Both the position numbers and the translations under genes were made by a program. A DNA stretch of 64,000 nucleotides from positions 62,001-126,000 of the forward strand of contig OZ176054.1 in the NCBI GenBank assembly GCA_964247055.1, read 5' to 3'. The stretch is from Paragordius varius (lineage: Eukaryota > Animalia > Nematomorpha). Positions 12,601 to 25,553 of the stretch are shown here, piece after piece. Under the pieces are notes generated by a model. It was not told the DNA's origin, ran no database searches, and worked only from the letters and a program-made list of their open reading frames with translations. Every line of letters starts with the position of its first letter. Position 1 is the first letter of the stretch.

Positions 12601-15530
12601 ACCTAAAATCCAAATTTGATCAGGTGATGTCACCATAATTTTTTTTGGGTAGCCCTATGGTAGTTCCATCATAACCCCAAATATTTTTGAGATCGGACTT
12701 TAAATGTAAACTTTATGAATTTTTTAAATATTTAAAAAATTTATTTTATACGATTTTAAAAATAAAAATGGCTACCTAAAATCCAAATTTGATCAGGTGA
12801 TGTCACCATAATTTTTTTTGGGTAGCCCTATGGTAGTTCCATCATAACCCCAAATATTTTTGAGATCGGACTTTAAATGTAAACTTTATGAATTTTTAAA
12901 ATATTTAAAAAATTTATTTTATACGATTTTAAAAATAAAAATGGCTACCTAAAATCCAAATTTGATCAGGTGATGTCACCATAATTTTTTTTGGGTAGCC
13001 CTATGGTAGTTCCATCATCACCCCAAATATTTTGGAGATCGGGCTATAAATGTAAATTTTATGAATTTTTTAAATATTTAAAAAATTTATTTTATACGAT
13101 TTTAAAAATAAAAATGGCTACCTAAAATCCAAATTTGATCAGGTGATGTCGCCATAATTTTTTTTGGGTAGCCCTATGGTAGTTCCATCATCACCCCAAA
13201 TATTTTGGAGATCGGGCTATAAATGTAAATTTTATGAATTTTTTAAATATTAAAAAATTTATTTTATACGATTTTAAAAATAAAAATGGCTACCTAAAAT
13301 CCAAATTTGATCAGGTGATGTCACCATAATTTTTTTTGGGTAGCCCTATGGTAGTTCCATCATCACCCCAAATATTTTGGAGATCGGGCTATAAATGTAA
13401 ATTTTATGAATTTTTTAAATATTTAAAAAATTTATTTTATACGATTTTTAAAATAAAAATGGCTACCTAAAATCCAAATTTGATCAGGTGATGTCGCCAT
13501 AATTTTTTTTGGGTAACCTTATGGTAGTTCCATCATAACCCCAAATATTTTTGAGATCGGACTTTAAATGTAAATTTTATGAATTTTTAAAATATTTAAA
13601 AAATTTATTTTATACGATTTTAAAAATAAAAATGGCTACCTAAAATCCAAATTTGATCAGGTGATGTCACCATATTTTTTTTGGGTAGCCCTATGGTAGT
13701 TCCATCATCACCCCAAATATTTTGGAGATCGGGCTATAAATGTAAATTTTATGAATTTTTTAAATATTTAAAAAATTTATTTTATACGATTTTAAAAATA
13801 AAAATGGCTACCTAAAATCCAAATTTGATCAGGTGATGTCGCCATAATTATATTTGGGTAGCCCTATGGTAGTTCCATCATCACCCCAAATATTTTGGAG
13901 ATCGGGCTATAAATGTAAATTTTATGAATTTTTAAATATTTAAAAAATTTATTTTATACGATTTTAAAAATAAAAATGGCTACCTAAAATCAAATTTGAT
14001 CAGGTGATGTCACCATAATTTTTTTTGGGTAGCCCTATGGTAGTTCCATCATCACCCCAAATATTTTTGTGATCGGACTTTAAATGTAAATTTTATGAAT
14101 TTTTTAAATATTTAAAAAATTTATTTTATACGATTTTAAAAATAAAAATGGCTACCTAAAATCCAAATTTGATCAGGTGATGTCACCATAATTTTTTTTG
14201 GGTAGCCCTATGGTAGTTCCATCATAACCCCAAATATTTTTCAGATCGGACTTTAAATGTAAATTTTATGAATTTTTAAAATATTTAAAAAATTTATTTT
14301 ATACGATTTTAAAAATAAAAATGGCTACCTAAAATCCAAATTTGATCAGGTGATGTCACCATAATTTTTTTTGGGTAGCCCTATGGTAGTTCCATCATCA
14401 CCCCAAATATTTTGGAGATCGGGCTATAAATGTAAATTTTATGAATTTTTTAATTATTTAAAAAATTTATTTTATACGATTTTAAAAATAAAAATGGCTA
14501 CCTAAAATCCAAATTTGATCAGGTGATGTCGCCATAATTTTTTTTGGGTAACCTTATGGTAGTTCCATCATAACCCCAAATATTTTTGAGATCGGACTTT
14601 AAATGTAAATTTTATGAATTTTTAAAATATTTAAAAAATTTATTTTATACGATTTTAAAAATAAAAATGGCTACCTAAAATCCAAATTTGATCAGGTGAT
14701 GTCACCATAATTTTTTTTGGGTAGCCCTATGGTAGTTCCATCATCACCCCAAATATTTTGGAGATCGGGCTATAAATGTAAATTTTATGAATTTTTTAAA
14801 TATTTAAAAAATTTATTTTATACGATTTTAAAAATTAAAATGGCTACCTAAAATCCAAATTTGATCAGGTGATGTCGCCATAATTTTTTTGGGTAGCCCT
14901 ATGGTAGTTCCATCATCACCCCAAATATTTTGGAGATCGGGCTATAAATGTAAATTTTATGAATTTTTTAAATATTTAAAAAATTTATTTTATACGATTT
15001 TAAAAATAAAAATGGCTACCTAAAATCCAAATTTGATCAGGTGATGTCACCATAATTTTTTTTGGGTAGCCCTATGGTAGTTCCATCATAACCCCAAATA
15101 TTTTTGAGATCGGACTTTAAATGTAAATTTTATGAATTTTTAAAATATTTAAAAAATTTATTTTATACGATTTTAAAAATAAAAATGGCTACCTAAAATC
15201 CAAATTTGATCAGGTGATGTCACCATAATTTTTTTTGGGTAGCCCTATGGTAGTTCCATCATCACCCCAAATATTTTGGAGATCGGGCTATAAATGTAAA
15301 TTTTATGAATTTTTTAAATATTTAAAAAATTTATTTTATACGATTTTAAAAATAAAAATGGCTACCTAAAATCCAAATTTGATCAGGTGATGTCACCATA
15401 ATTTTTTTTGGGTAGCCCTATGGTAGTTCCATCATCACCCTAAATATTTTGGAGATCGGGCTATAAATGTAAATTTTATGAATTTTTTAAATATTTAAAA
15501 AATTTATTTTATACGATTTTAAAAATAAAA

Positions 15531-18500
15531 ATGGCTACCTAAAATCCAAATTTGATCAGGTGATGTCACCATAATCTTTTTTGGGTAGCCCTATGGTAGT
15601 TCCATCATCACCCTAAATATTTTCGAGATCGGGCTATAAATGTAAATTTTATGAATTTTTTAAATATTTAAAAAATTTATTTTATACGATTTTAAAAATA
15701 AAAATGGCTACCTAAAATCCAAATTTGATCAGGTGATGTGGCCATAATTTTTTTTGGGTAACCTTATGGTAGTTCCATCATAACTCCAAATATTTTTGAG
15801 ATCGGATTTTAAATGTAAATTTTATGAATTTTTTAAATATTTAAAAAATTTATTTTATACGATTTTAAAAATAAAAATGGCTACCTAAAATCCAAATTTG
15901 ATCAGGTGATGTCACCATAATTTTTTTTGGGTAGCCCTATGGTAGTTCCATCATCACCCCAAATATTTTGGAGATCGGGCTATAAATGTAAATTTTATGA
16001 ATTTTTTAAATATTTAAAAAATTTATTTTATACGATTTTAAAAATAAAAATGGCTACCTAAAATCCAAATTTGATCAGGTGTCACCATAATTTTTTTTGG
16101 GTAGCCCTATGTTAGTTCCATCATCACCATAAATATTTTCGAGATCGGAGTATAAATGTAATTTTTATGAATTTTTTAAATATTTAAAAAATTTATTTTA
16201 TACGATTTTAAAAATAAAAATGGCTACCTAAAATCCAAATTTGATCAGGTGATGTCACTATAATTTTTTTATGTAGCCCTATGGTAGTTCCATCATCACC
16301 CCAAATATTTTGGGGATCGGACTATAAATGTAATTTTTATGAATTTTTTAAATATTTAAAAAATTTATTTTATACGATTTTAAAATAAAAATGGCTACCT
16401 AAAATCCAAATTTGATCAGATATGTCAACATAATTTTTTTTGGGTAGCCCTATGGTAGTTCCATTATCACCCCAAATATTTTCGAGATCGGAGTATAAAT
16501 GTAATTTTTATGAATTTTTTAAATATTTAAAAAATTTATTTTATACGATTTTAAAAATAAAAATGGCTACCTAAAATCCAAATTTGATCCGGTGATGTCG
16601 CCATAATTTTTTTTGGGTAGCCCTATGGTAGTTCCATCATCACACCAAATATTTTCGAGATCGGAGTATAAATGTAATTTTTATGAATTTTTTAAATATT
16701 TAAAAAATTTATTTTATACGATTTTAAAAATAAAAATGGCTACCTAAAATCCAAATTTGATCAGGTGATGTCACCATAATTCTTTTGGGTAGCCCTATGG
16801 TAGTTCCATCATCACCCCAAATATTTTCGAGATCGGAGTATAAATGTAATTTTTATGAATTTTTTAAATATTTAAAAAATTTATTTTATACGATTTTAAA
16901 AATAAAAATGGCTACCTAAAATCCAAATTTGATCAGGTGATGTCACCATAATTTTTTTTGGGTAGCCCTATGGTAGTTCCATCATCACCCCAAATATTTT
17001 GGAGATCGGGCTATAAATGTAAATTTTATGAATTTTTTAAATATTTAAAAAATTTATTTTATACGATTTTAAAAATAAAAATAACTACCTAAAATCCAAA
17101 TTTGATCAGGTGATGTGGCCATAATTTTTTTGGGTAACCTTATGGTAGTTCCATCATAACCCCAAATATTTTTGAGATCGGACTTTAAATGTAAATTTTA
17201 TGAATTTTTTAAATATTTAAAAAATTTATTTTATACGATTTTAAATATAAAAATGGCTACCTAAAATCCAAATTTGATCAGGTGATGTCGCCATAATTTT
17301 TTTTGGGTAGCCCTATGGTAGTTCCATCATCACCCCAAATATTATGGAGATCGGGCTATAAATGTAAATTTTATGAATTTTTTAAATATTTAAAAAATTT
17401 ATTTTATACGATTTTAAAAATTAAATTGGCTACCTAAAATCCAAATTTGATCAGGTGATGTCGCCATAATTTTTTTGGGTAGCCCTATGGTAGTTCCATC
17501 ATCACCCCAAATATTTTGGAGATCGGGCTATAAATGTAAATTTTATGAATTTTTTAAATATTTAAAAAATTTATTTTATACAATTTTAAAAATAAAAATG
17601 GCTACCTAAAATCCAAATTTGATCAGGTGATGTCACCATAATTTTTTTTGGATAGCCCTATGGTAGTTCCATCATAACCCCAAATATTTTTGAGATCGGA
17701 CTTTAAATGTAAATTTTATGAATTTTTAAAATATTTAAAAAATTTATTTTATACGATTTTAAAAATAAAAATGGCTACCTAAAATCCAAATTTGATCAGG
17801 TGATGTCACCATAATTTTTTTTGGGTAGCCCTATGGTAGTTCCATCATCACCCCAAATATTTTGGAGATCGGGCTATAAATGTAAATTTTATGAATTTTT
17901 TAAATATTTAAAAAATTTATTTTATACGATTTTAAAAATAAAAATGGCTACCTAAAATCCAAATTTGATCAGGTGATGTCACCATAATTTTTTTTGGGTA
18001 GCCCTATGGTAGTTCCATCATCACCCCAAATATTTTGGAGATCGGGCTATAAATGTAAATTTTATGAATTTTTTAAATATTTAAAAAATTTATTTTATAC
18101 GATTTTAAAAATAAAAATGGCTACCTAAAATCCAAATTTGATCAGGTGTCACCATAATTTTTTTGGGTAGCCCTATGTTAGTTCCATCATCACCCCAAAT
18201 ATTTTGGAGATCGGGCTATAAATGTAATTTTTATGAATTTTTTAAATATTTAAAAAATTTATTTTATACGATTTTAAAAATAAAAATGGCTACCTAAAAT
18301 CCAAATTTGATCAGGTGATGTCGCCATAATTTTTTTTGGGTAGCCCTATGGTAGTTCCATCATCACCCCAAATATTTTGGAGATCGGGCTATAAATGTAA
18401 ATTTTATGAATTTTTTAAATATTAAAAAATTTATTTTATACGATTTTAAAAATAAAAATGGCTACCTAAAATCCAAATTTGATCAGGTGATGTCACCATA

Positions 18501-20523
18501 ATTTTTTTTGGGTAGCCCTATGGTAGTTCCATCATCACGCCAAATATTTAGAGATCGGGCTATAAATGTAAATTTTATGAATTTTTTAAATATTTAAAAA
18601 ATTTATTTTATACGATTTTAAAAATAAAAATGGCTACCTAAAATCCAAATTTGATCCGGTGATGTCGCCATAATTTTTTTTGGGTAGCCCTATGGTAGTT
18701 CCATCATCACCCCAAATATTTTCGAGATCGGGCTAATGTAAATTTTATGAATTTTTTAAATATTTAAAAAATTTATTTTATACGATTTTAAAAATAAAAA
18801 TGGCTACCTAAAATCCAAATTTGATCAGGTGATGTGGCCATAATTTTTTTTGGGTAACCTTATGGTAGTTCCATCATAACTCCAAATATTTTTGAGATCG
18901 GACTTTAAATGTAAATTTTATGAATTTTTTAAATATTTAAAAAATTTATTTTATACGATTTTAAAAACAAAAATGGCTACCTAATATCCAAATTTGATCA
19001 GGTGATGTCACCATAATTTTTTTGGGTAGCCCTATGGTAGTTCCATCATCACCCCAAATATTTTGGGGATCGGACTATAAATGTAATTTTTATGAATTTT
19101 TTAAATATTTAAAAAATTTATTTTATACGATTTTAAAAATAAAAATGGCTACCTAAAATCCAAATTTGATCAGGTGATGTCACCATAATTTTTTTTGGGT
19201 AGCCCTATGGTAGTTCCATCATCACCCCAAATATTTATGAGATCGGGCTATAAATGTAATTTTTATGAATTTTTTAAATATTTAAAAAATTTATTTTATA
19301 CGATTTTAAATATAAAAATGGCTACCTAAAATCCAAATTTGATCAGGTGATGTCACCATAATTTTTTTTGGGTAGCCCTATGGTAGTTCCATCATCACCC
19401 CAAATATTTTGGAGATCGGGCTATAAATGTAAATTTTATGAATTTTTTAAATATTTAAAAAATTTATTTTATACGATTTTAAAAATAAAAATGGCTACCT
19501 AAAATCCAAATTTGATCAGATGTCACCATAATTTTTTTTGGGTAGCCCTATGTTAGTTCCATCATCACCATAAATATTTTCGAGATCGGAGTATAAATGT
19601 AATTTTTATGAATTTTTTAAATATTTAAAAAATTTATTTTATACGATTTTAAAAATAAAAATGGCTACCTAAAATCCAAATTTGATCAGGTGATGTCACT
19701 ATAATTTTTTTATGTAGCCCTATGGTAGTTCCATCATCACCCCAAATATTTTGGGGATCGGACTATAAATGTAATTTTTATGAATTTTTTAAATATTTAA
19801 AAAATTTATTTTATACGATTTTAAAATAAAAATGGCTACCTAAAATCCAAATTTGATCAGGTGATGTCAACATAATTTTTTTTGGGTAGCCCTATGGTAG
19901 TTCCATTATCACCCCAAATATTTTCGAGATCGGAGTATAAATGTAATTTTTATGAATTTTTTAAATATTTAAAAAATTTATTTTATACGATTTTAAAAAT
20001 AAAAATGGCTACCTAAAATCCAAATTTGATCCGGTGATGTCGCCATAATTTTTTTTTGGGTAGCCCTATGGTAGTTCCATCATCACCCCAAATATTTTCG
20101 AGATCGGAGTATAAATGTAATTTTTATGAATTTTTTAAATATTTAAAAAATTTATTTTATACGATTTTAAAAATAAAAATGGCTACCTAAAATCCAAATT
20201 TGATCAGGTGATGTCACCATAATTCTTTTGGGTAGCCCTATGGTAGTTCCATCATCACCCCAAATATTTTCGAGATCGGAGTATAAATGTAATTTTTATG
20301 AATTTTTTAAATATTTAAAAAATTTATTTTATACGATTTTAAAAATAAAAATGGCTACCTAAAATCCAAATTTGATCAGGTGATGTCACCATAATTTTTT
20401 TTGGGTAGCCCTATGGTAGTTCCATCATCACCCCAAATATTTTGGAGATCGGGCTATAAATGTAAATTTTATGAATTTTTTAAATATTTAAAAAATTTAT
20501 TTTATACGATTTTAAAAATAAAA
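15531..20523 (+). repeat. 29-monomer block, copy 2 (offset ~15.5 kb from copy 1)
   Basis: Offset 15516 at the start, 15343 at ATAACTACC (1738 vs 17081; one monomer missing), and back to ~15515 after one extra monomer near 17.9 kb. Confidence 0.9.
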
Positions 20524-22933
20524 ATGGCTACCTAAAATCCAAATTTGATCAGGTGATGTGGCCATAATTTTTTTTGGGTAACCTTATGGTAGTTCCATCA
20601 TAACCCCAAATATTTTTGAGATCGGACTTTAAATGTAAATTTTATGAATTTTTTAAATATTTAAAAAATTTATTTTATACGATTTTAAAAAAAAAAATGG
20701 CTACCTAAAATCCAAATTTGATCAGGTGATGTCACCATAATTTTTTTTGGGTAGCCCTATGGTAGTTCCATCATCACCCCAAATATTTATGAGATCGGGC
20801 TATAAATGTAAATTTTATGAATTTTTTAAATATTTAAAAAATTTATTTTATACGATTTTAAAAATAAAAATGGCTACCTAAAATCCAAATTTGATCAGGT
20901 GTCACCATAATATTTTTTGGGTAGCCCTATGTTAGTTCCATCATCACCCCTATTATTTTCGAGATCGGAGTATAAATGTAATTTTTATGAATTTTTTAAA
21001 TATTTAAAAAATTTATTTTATACGATTTTAAAAATAAAAATGGCTACCTAAAATCCAAATTTGATCAGGTGATGTCACTATAATTTTTTTGGGTAGCCCT
21101 ATGGTAGTTCCATCATCACCCCAAATATTTTGGGGATCGGACTATAAATGTAATTTTTATGAATTTTTTAAATATTTAAAAAATTTATTTTATACGATTT
21201 TAAAATAAAAATGGCTACCTAAAATCCAAATTTGATCAGGTGATGTCAACATAATTTTTTTTGGGTAGCCCTATGGTAGTTCCATTATCACCCCAAATAT
21301 TTTCGAGATCGGACTATAAATGTAATTTTTATGAATTTTTTAAATATTTAAAAAATTTATTTTATACGATTTTAAAATAAAAATGGCTACCTAAAATCCA
21401 AATTTGATCAGGTGATGTCAACATAATTTTTTTTGGGTAGCCCTATGGTAGTTCCATCATCACCCCAAATATTTTCGAGATTGGAGTATAAATGTAATTT
21501 TTATGAATTTTTTAAATATTTAAAAAATTTATTTTATACGATTTTAAAAATAAAAATGGCTACCTAAAATCCAAATTTGATCAGGTGATGTCACCATAAT
21601 TCTTTTGGGTAGCCCTATGGTAGTTCCATCATCACCCCAAATATTTTCGAGATCGGAGTATAAATGTAATTTTTATGAATTTTTTAAATATTTAAAAAAT
21701 TTATTTTATACGATTTTAAAAATAAAAATGGCTACCTAAAATCCAAATTTGATCAGGTGATGTCACCATAATTTTTTTTGGGTAGCCCTATGGTAGTTCC
21801 ATCATCACCCCAAATATTTTGGAGATCGGGCTATAAATGTAAATTTTATGAATTTTTTAAATATTTAAAAAATTTATTTTATACGATTTTAAAAATAAAA
21901 ATGGCTACCTAAAATCCAAATTTGATCAGGTGATGTGGCCATAATTTTTTTTGGGTAACCTTATGGTAGTTCCATCATAACCCCAAATATTTTTGAGATC
22001 GGACTTTAAATGTAAATTTTATGAATTTTTTAAATATTTAAAAAATTTATTTTATACGATTTTAAAAAAAAAAATGGCTACCTAAAATCCAAATTTGATC
22101 AGGTGATGTCACCATAATTTTTTTTGGGTAGCCCTATGGTAGTTCCATCATCACCCCAAATATTTATGAGATCGGGCTATAAATGTAAATTTTATGAATT
22201 TTTTAAATATTTAAAAAATTTATTTTATACGATTTTAAAAATAAAAATGGCTACCTAAAATCCAAATTTGATCAGGTGTCACCATAATATTTTTTGGGTA
22301 GCCCTATGTTAGTTCCATCATCACCCCTATTATTTTCGAGATCGGAGTATAAATGTAATTTTTATGAATTTTTTAAATATTTAAAAAATTTATTTTATAC
22401 GATTTTAAAAATAAAAATGGCTACCTAAAATCCAAATTTGATCAGGTGATGTCACTATAATTTTTTTGGGTAGCCCTATGGTAGTTCCATCATCACCCCA
22501 AATATTTTGGGGATCGGACTATAAATGTAATTTTTATGAATTTTTTAAATATTTAAAAAATTTATTTTATACGATTTTAAAATAAAAATGGCTACCTAAA
22601 ATCCAAATTTGATCAGGTGATGTCAACATAATTTTTTTTGGGTAGCCCTATGGTAGTTCCATTATCACCCCAAATATTTTCGGGATCGGAGTATAAATGT
22701 AATTTTTATGAATTTTTTAAATATTTAAAAAATTTATTTTATACGATTTTAAAAATAAAAATGGCTACCTAAAATCCAAATTTGATTCGGTGATGTCGCC
22801 ATAATTTTTTTTGGGTAGCCCTATGGTAGTTCCATCATCACCCCAAATATTTTCGAGATCGGAGTATAAATGTAATTTTTATGAATTTTTTAAATATTTA
22901 AAAAATTTATTTTATACGATTTTAAAAATAAAA
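20524..22933 (+). repeat. 8-monomer higher-order repeat (~1377 bp), about 1.75 tandem copies
   Basis: The GTGGCC monomer with a downstream pure A-run occurs at 20524 and 21901. Both are followed by a TTTATGAG monomer, a deletion monomer with ATAATATTT/CCCTATTATT, then CACT and CAAC monomers. Confidence 0.88.
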
Positions 22934-23059
22934 ATGGCTACCTAAAATCCAAATTTGATCAGGTGATGTCACCATAATTCTTGATCGGAGTAAAAATGTA
23001 ATTTTTATGAATTTTTTAAATATTTAAAAAATTTATTTTAAACGATTTTAAAAATAAAA
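22934..23059 (+). repeat. Truncated 126-bp monomer (46-bp internal deletion)
   Basis: Junction ATAATTCTT|GATCGGAG; anchor spacing 22934 to 23060. Confidence 0.95.
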
Positions 23060-24783
23060 ATGGCTACCTAAAATCCAAATTTGATCAGGTGATGTCGCCA
23101 TAATTTTTTTTGCGTTGCCCTATGGTAGTTCCATCATCACCCCAAATATTGTCGAGATCGGAGTATAAATGTAATTTTTTTGAATTTTTTAAATATTTAA
23201 AAAATTTATTTTATACGATTTAAAAAACAAAAATGGCTACCTAATATCCAAATTTGATCAGGTGATGTCACCATAATTTTTTTTGGGTAGCCCTATGGTA
23301 GTTCCATCATCACCCCAAATATTTTGGGGATCGGACTATAAATGTAATTTTTATGAATTTTTTAAATATTTAAAAAATTTATTTTATACGATTTTAAAAA
23401 TAAAAATGGCTACCTAAAATCCAAATTTGATCAGGTGATGTCACCATAATTTTTTTTGGGTAGCCCTATGGTAGTTCCATCATCACCCCAAATATTTTCG
23501 AGATCGTAGTATAAATGTAATTTTTATGAATTTTTTAAATATTTAAAAAATTTATTTTATACGATTTTAAAAATAAAAATGGCTACCTAAAATCCAAATT
23601 TGATCAGGTGATGTCGCCATAATTTTTTGTGGGTAGCCCTATGGTAGTTCCATCATCACCCCAAATATTTTCGAGATCGGAGTATAAATGTAATTTTTAT
23701 GAATTTTTTAAATATTTAAAAAATTTATTTTATACGATTTTAAAAATAAAAATGGCTACCTAAAATCCAAATTTGATCAGGTGATGTCACCATAATTCTT
23801 TTGGGTAGCCCTATGGTAGTTCCATCATCACCCCAAATATTTTGGAGATCGGGCTATAAATGTAAATTTTATGAATTTTTTAAATATTTAAAAAATTTAT
23901 TTTATACGATTTTAAAAATAAAAATGGCTACCTAAAATCCAAATTTGATCAGGTGATGTCGCCATAATTTTTTTTGGGTAGCCCTATGGTAGTTCCATCA
24001 TCACCCCAAATATTTTGGAGATCGGGCTATAAATGTAAATTTTATGAATTTTTTAAATATTTAAAAAATTTATTTTATACGATTTTAAAAATAAAAATGG
24101 CTACCTAAAATCCAAATTTGATCAGGTGTCACCATAATTTTTTTTGGGTAGCCCTATGTTAGTTCCATCATCACTCCTATTATTTTCGAGATCGGAGTAT
24201 AAATGTAATTTTTATGAATTTTTTAAATATTTAAAAAATTTATTTTATACGATTTTAAAAATAAAAATGGCTACCTAAAATCCAAATTTGATCAGGTGAT
24301 GTCACTATAATTTTTTTGGGTAGCCCTATGGTAGTTCCATCATCACCCCAAATATTTTGGGGATCGGACTATAAATGTAATTTTTATGAATTTTTTAAAT
24401 ATTTAAAAAATTTATTTTATACGATTTTAAAATAAAAATGGCTACCTAAAATCCAAATTTGATCAGGTGATGTCAACATAATTTTTTTTGGGTAGCCCTA
24501 TGGTAGTTCCATTATCACCCCAAATATTTTCGGGATCGGAGTATAAATGTAATTTTTATGAATTTTTTAAATATTTAAAAAATTTATTTTATACGATTTT
24601 AAAAATAAAAATGGCTACCTAAAATCCAAATTTGATCCGGTGATGTCGCCATAATTTTTTTTGGGTAGCCCTATGGTAGTTCCATCATCACCCCAAATAT
24701 TTTCGAGATCGGAGTATAAATGTAATTTTTATGAATTTTTTAAATATTTAAAAAATTTATTTTATACGATTTTAAAAATAAAA

Positions 24784-25035
24784 ATGGCTACCTAAAATCC
24801 AAATTTGATCAGGTGATGTCACCATAATTCTTGATCGGAGTATAAATGTAATTTTTATGAATTTTTTAAATATTTAAAAAATTTATTTTATACGATTTTA
24901 AAAATAAAAATGGCTACCTAAAATCCAAATTTGATCAGGTGATGTCACCATAATTCTTGATCGGAGTATAAATGTAATTTTTATGAATTTTTTAAATATT
25001 TAAAAAATTTATTTTATACGATTTAAAAAATAAAA
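24784..25035 (+). repeat. Two tandem 126-bp truncated monomers with the same 46-bp deletion
   Basis: Anchors at 24784, 24910 and 25036; identical ATAATTCTT|GATCGGAG junction. Confidence 0.95.
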
Positions 25036-25553
25036 ATATCTACCTAAAATCCAAATTTGATCAGGTGATGTCACCATAATTTTTTTTGGGTAGCCCTATG
25101 GTAGTTCCATCATCACCCCAAATATTGTCGAGATCGGAGTATAAATGTAATTTTTTTGAATTTTTTAAATATTTAAAAAATTTATTTTATACGATTTTAA
25201 AAACAAAAATGGCTACCTAATATCCAAATTTGATCAGGTGATGTCACCATAATTTTTTTGGGTAGCCCTATGGTAGTTCCATCATCACCCCAAATATTTT
25301 GGGGATCGGACTATAAATGTAATTTTTATGAATTTTTTAAATATTTAAAAAATTTATTTTATACGATTTTAAAAATAAAAATGGCTACCTAAAATCCAAA
25401 TTTGATCAGGTGATGTCACCATAATTCTTTTTGGGTAAACCTATGGTAGTTCCATCATCACCCCAAATATTTTCGAGATCGGAGTATAAATGTAATTTTT
25501 ATGAATTTTTTAAATATTTAAAAAATTTATTTTATACGATTTTAAAAATAAAA

